64,000 nt of DNA from Eledone cirrhosa. Lineage: Eukaryota. Positions 58,698 to 64,000 of this stretch are shown one piece after another (within the stretch, counting starts at the first letter, position 1; the number at the start of each line of letters is the position of its first letter). The stretch is from assembly GCA_964016885.1 (NCBI GenBank), contig OZ024762.1, positions 23,064,001 to 23,128,000 of the forward strand, in the 5' to 3' direction. The position numbers and the translations under genes were made by a program. Under the pieces are notes generated by a model, which had not been told where the DNA came from, did no database searches, and saw nothing but the letters and a program-made list of their open reading frames with translations.

Positions 58698-58998
58698 AAG
58701 GGCGGTGGATTGGCAGTATCGGTAGAGGGTCGGACGCCATGCTTTCCAGCATAGTTATGTCCCTTTACGATCTGAGTTCAAATCCCGCCGAGGTTAACTT
58801 TGCCTTTCATCCTTACGGGGTCGATAAAATAAAGTACCAGTAATGCACTGGTTAATTGCTGGCCTTGTGCCTAAAAAATAGAAACAATTATTTATTCTTT
58901 AAAGTGGTGAATTGGCAGTATCGGTAGAGGGTCAGACGCCATGCTTTGCATCATAGAGTTACGGCCTTTTACGATCTGAGTTCAATTCCTGTCGAGGA
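58698..58998 (+). mobile_element. SINE family 1 full copy plus adjacent 3'-truncated copy
   Basis: attatttattctttaaag precedes both (58683 and 58887). Confidence 0.85.
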
Positions 58999-59159
58999 TA
59001 GAAACGAAAGGATGTCAAAATGTATAAAAATATTTTTACCCAATATATTTCTTGATCTTTGAAGATAAAAACCTTCTTTTCAGATGATGAACGAAACGAT
59101 GGACGCAAAAGACTGAGACGCTCCCCTCCTCTCGAACATATTTAAATACTAGTGTGTGC

Positions 59160-59192
<33 letters not shown>

Positions 59193-59197
<5 letters not shown>

Positions 59198-59845
59198 ATA
59201 ATAATAAATTTGAAGACTAAAATCCAAAGAGGGCTCGATAAGGATAAATATATATCAAATATATAAGAAACGTAGAGCAAATATTTATTAAAATAACAGA
59301 TTAAAGTTTAAGCTAAGAATCGCTGCTTTCACCCTTAACAGGATCTTCTGAAACTAAAAAAAAATCAATCTGTGAACGCAGAAGTAAATATTTCAAAAAA
59401 CGTTGCAACCGAAGGAAGACAGGAAGACCATACTTTGGTTCCTTAAAACGTTCCCTGGTAAAGAACGGATAAAGAGAAAGATAAACGTCATAATTGGAGC
59501 GGTGAAAACAATTACACGCAAAGACAAAACCACGTTTATGGTATAAATGAAGTCGTAGACTAATATTCTATTAGGTGGTTCGTGGAGACACTCTCTGCCA
59601 ATGAACGAAAAAAACGAAGATAGTACGTCATTATGTGAGGATAATTACACGCAAAGTCAAAACCACGTATAAGGTATAACTGAAGTCGTAGACTAAAATT
59701 CTATGAGGAAACCGAATGATTCCCGGCTTCAGAGTTAAGAATAAAGTAAATAAATTACAGTTTATTCTTAACTCTGAAGCCGGGAATCATTCGGTTTCCT
59801 AATAGAATGTTATTCTACGACTTCTGTTATACCATATACGTGGTT
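59193..59845 (-). mobile_element. Family C long copy with tail (59193-59282) and fold-back at the far end
   Basis: Arms ~59661-59745 and 59761-59845. Confidence 0.85.
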
Positions 59846-59972
59846 CATTCTACTGACATGGCTATAAAATCGAGGCTTCTTTGCATAATTGCAAACGAAA
59901 CGAATGTTATTATTAATATTCGAAAAACTCAGATTACATTTATCGTATTCAGCCATGTAGAGCGAAAATGTT

Positions 59973-60046
<74 letters not shown>

Positions 60047-60209
60047 AGAGGTAGAGATCGTAGGTGTTTTTTTTTACACTCTTCCTACTTTCTTTTAAGC
60101 TCTCTACGTCTCTTTCTTCACTTTCACTTACATCTCTCTCTCTCATTACCATCTGATTCTGTTACCCGAAGATTTACCCATCTACATTGTTGAGGCTTCC
60201 AAAACGACC

Positions 60210-60248
<39 letters not shown>

Positions 60249-60418
60249 CATAATCGGAGAAAGCTAATAGCGATACTCCGGCCAAATTCCAGCTCACTCA
60301 ACAAACATTAGGAAATACCTGAGTATATTCCTAATTAAACGTTCGGGGTGCTAACTAATTGTATTGTGTGGAAAATTGGCTGTATCATTTCATATGAGAT
60401 ATATCAAATATATCTCTT

Positions 60419-60541
60419 CCCAGACGACTCGTTTCACTATAAGATGTCTACAAGTTAGGTGAAAATATACCAAGTTATGTAGAAGCTTGTATAAGATCAA
60501 CAGATACTTATACAAGTAGGCTCTTATAATTCTTCAGTGGG
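60419..60541 (-). ncRNA. Type I hammerhead with branched stem II
   Basis: ccca-CTGAAGA-attataaga-[cttgtataag/cttatacaag and tctaca/tgtaga hairpins]-tcttatagt-GAAA-cgagtcg-TC-tggg. Confidence 0.82.
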
Positions 60542-60689
60542 TGCCCAATAATATTAATATTGATAACCAAATCAACGTCAATATTTAGCGATAATCACCA
60601 TCAGTGCTTGAGGGAGCTGCTAGGTTGTTAGTCCAGCAGTTCTATACAAAATCTCACACTGTCTCGAAAATAGGAGGAAGGAGACTACC

Positions 60690-60735
<46 letters not shown>

Positions 60736-60908
60736 CAAATAAAGAAACGAAATTAAATTTCGTTTCGTTTGTAACTCACTTTTGTATGACTGACGCTTAA
60801 ACAGTAAAGTGACCAGTGAAAAACTCGGTACATCTACATATGTATACGTGTGTGTATTCATATGCATACTAGTATTTCAGTATACATATGTGGATGTACA
60901 TTTTTAAC

Positions 60909-61028
<120 letters not shown>

Positions 61029-61052
61029 GTGTGTGTGTGTGTGTGTGTATAT

Positions 61053-61947
61053 ATAAACGGAAAAAATGAAACGAAATTTCATTTCTCACACTTAGTACGG
61101 CTGTTACTTAAATATAAGTATGTATACGTACATACATATATGTATATAGACGTACAGTAGAATGTATATATATATATATACATACATGCACACATATATA
61201 TATATGTACGTATGGATTCACCGAACATTTATTATCATTCTCGGTGTGTTTGTAAACAAACATCCCGAATTAAGCCGTACAGTGTCTAGCAACCATCGTT
61301 CCTCGTTTGTTCAACCCTGACAAAGGATTGAACAAATGAGCAACGATAGTTACTAGACACTGTACGGCTTAATTCGGGATGTTTGTTTACAAACACACCG
61401 AGCATTATAATAAATGTTCGGTGAATCCATATGTACATATATATATATGTGTGCATGTATGTATATATATATACATTCTACTGTACGTCTGTATACATAT
61501 ATGTCTGTACGTGTACATACTTACATTTAAGTAACAGCCGTACTAAGAGTGGGAAATGAAATTTCGTTTCATTTTTCCGTTTATCGTTTTCGGTACCCCG
61601 GCCGATTAACTCACTCGATATGCAAATTACGCTACTCAGCCGTTAATGTGCATAAGGAAAGTTTATACTTTCAGACGTTCAATCATCTGGCAGGAAGGTA
61701 TACGTTGCTGACGATAGCTAATAAGCTTGAAACTAGTACAGCGTTCCATTGTCAGGGTTGAACAAATGAGCAACGATGATTGCTAGACACTGTACGGCTT
61801 AATTCGGGATGTTTGTTTACAAACACACCGAGCATTATAATAAATGTTCAGTGAATCCATACGTTCATATATATGTGTGCATGTATGTATATATATATAT
61901 ATACTACGGTACGTCTGTATACATATATGTATGTACGTATAGATACT

Positions 61948-61950
<3 letters not shown>
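61053..61950 (+). mobile_element. Retrozyme/pLTR-like array: ~265-bp inverted arm, ~430-bp monomer and partial tandem copy
   Basis: Palindrome 61053-61584; 61324 repeated directly at 61754; hammerhead at the monomer junction. Confidence 0.85.
61702..61744 (+). ncRNA. Minimal type I hammerhead ribozyme
   Basis: acgttg-CTGACGA-tagct aata agctt-GAAA-ctag-TA-cagcgt; palindromic stem III actagt; U.U at base of stem II. Confidence 0.83.
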
Positions 61951-61980
<30 letters not shown>

Positions 61981-62107
61981 ATATATATATAAATAACATA
62001 TTTAATGGCTTATACACCGATTAGAACTATTAAATTCGTTGTATACAATCTACTTATATATTGAGTACCTTACTTAATGTGGTTACCCTCGATTTAATAT
62101 GAGACTC

Positions 62108-62150
<43 letters not shown>

Positions 62151-62780
62151 CATACAGTGTGCCATATATGAACATACATAATATATATATACATGTGTAT
62201 ATATAGGGAGGTGGAGAGAGAGGGGGGAAGTTTGAGACGGAATAAATACGGTGTAAAGTTATTAATAGCTGGATGTTGATATTGATGTTGGTTGTTATAA
62301 TTTATTTGTTTGTTACCGATTTGAAGGAGTCAAGTGTAAAATAAATGTCCTTATGTTGAGAAACAATCACAGTTTAACTTCAGTCTGAAAAGAATGTCAA
62401 AACTCTATTGAAATTCAAATAATAACTTCTCTATTGATCGATAAGTTACGGCTAGAAAAATATAATACTTTCAATTGTATACACTAAAGTGAGTGACGTG
62501 TGGATTTACATTTTTTTTTTCTTTCAGTATTTTTATAACCTATTGCGTGTTTTCACTGAAAAACCAATTGTAGCTCTTTAGTGTTTTGAGTACGGATATT
62601 TGTTGGGGTTTTTATTTTCGTTTTTTGTAGGTGTTGGTTTATTGTTAGTTTAGTGGGTTTTTTTTTCTTATTGGTGTGTTTATGTGTGTGTTTTTCTCTC
62701 TTTGTACTGAAAGCTGTTCGATTTAACACAAATGTGTAAGCCATTCCTCGTACCGTTAAATATATATATATTTATATTTA

Positions 62781-62833
<53 letters not shown>

Positions 62834-63196
62834 CCTTACAATGGCTTATACATATATATATATTTTTATTTATATTTATATATATATATATTTATTTATT
62901 TATATTTATATATATATATATTTATTTATTTATATTTATATATATATATATTTAGATATTTATAATTATATTTATATATATATATATATATTTAGATATT
63001 TATAATTATATTTATATATATATATATATATTTAGATATTTATATTTATATATATATATATATTTAATATATTTATATATTTAGATATATATATTTAGAT
63101 ATTTAGATATTTCTATATATATTTATATACATATATTTATATATTTATATATGTATATATGCATATAAATATTCAACAAATATGTGTAAACCACTT

Positions 63197-63251
<55 letters not shown>

Positions 63252-63665
63252 GTGTGTGCGTGTGTGTTGTATACACACGCACATACATACATTTTTTCAT
63301 GTTATATAAACATATGGGTAAATCGTGTAAAGTTTATTATTTAATTTTTTTTTAAATATTAATCTCTAGCGCTATAATAAACCACCTGGTACTTTACTTA
63401 TAAAACAAAGAACATATTCTGGTATCTATTTCAATCTACTGTGTCACACATTTCTGACTGCGTGAATATTTCAGAAAGCTGTTGATTTCAAAGCTCGCTG
63501 TTATAAACTGCTATAAACCCGTAGGTATTGAGGACGATAAGTATCAATTGAACAATAAATAACCCCTCCAAGGATATATGGTGAATACTCTAGTTCTTGA
63601 TTACCTGGGCCGGTTTAAACGACTTTCATTACACCCCTTATTGGACTGGCATTGTCTAAATTTGC

Positions 63666-64000
63666 AACCATTATTATTACCAGCACTGAATTGGCAGTAT
63701 CGGTAGAGGGTCGGACGCCATGCTTTCCAGCATTGTTACGTCCATTTACGATCTGAGTTCAAATCCCGTCGAGGTTAACTTTGCCTTTCATCCATACGGG
63801 GTCGATAAAATAAAGTACCAGTAATGTACTAGATAATTGCTGGCCTTGTGCCTAAAGTAGAAACCATTATTATTACCAGCACTGAATTGGCAGTATCGGT
63901 AGAGGGTCGGACGCCATGCTTTCCAGCATTGTTACGTCCATTTACGGTCTGACTTCAAATCCCGTCGAGGTTAACTTTGCCTTTCATCCATACGGGGTCG
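63666..64000 (+). mobile_element. Tandem SINE family 1 copies, period about 196 bp; second copy runs off the window
   Basis: aaccattattattaccagcactgaattggcag at 63666 and 63862; copies nearly identical. Confidence 0.88.

Overview
AT-rich, microsatellite-saturated animal genomic DNA with no recognisable host gene. The SINE repertoire and (TA)n load suggest a cephalopod such as Octopus (inference). Nearly all ORFs in the track are translations of (TA)n/(TG)n and are not genes. Real coding remnants: a Penelope-like element (PLE) linker/GIY-YIG frame (10927-11760, minus, CxCx5Cx5C motif), a second decayed GIY-YIG C-terminus (9078-9240), a frameshifted restriction-like-endonuclease LINE (26264-28140) and two RTE LINE C-termini. 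The main signal is a dense set of short non-coding elements mostly sitting in (TA)n tracts. I count 15 type I hammerhead ribozyme motifs with intact CUGAnGA/GAAA/UH cores plus several degenerate ones. Many of these elements share one architecture: a 60-160 bp unpaired terminal tail plus a fold-back inverted arm that stops at a family-specific position. Also present: two tRNA-like SINE families, hAT and Tc1/mariner-type MITEs, and 122, ~87, 27 and 69 bp tandem arrays. All folds and coordinates were read by eye; nothing was computed or searched.
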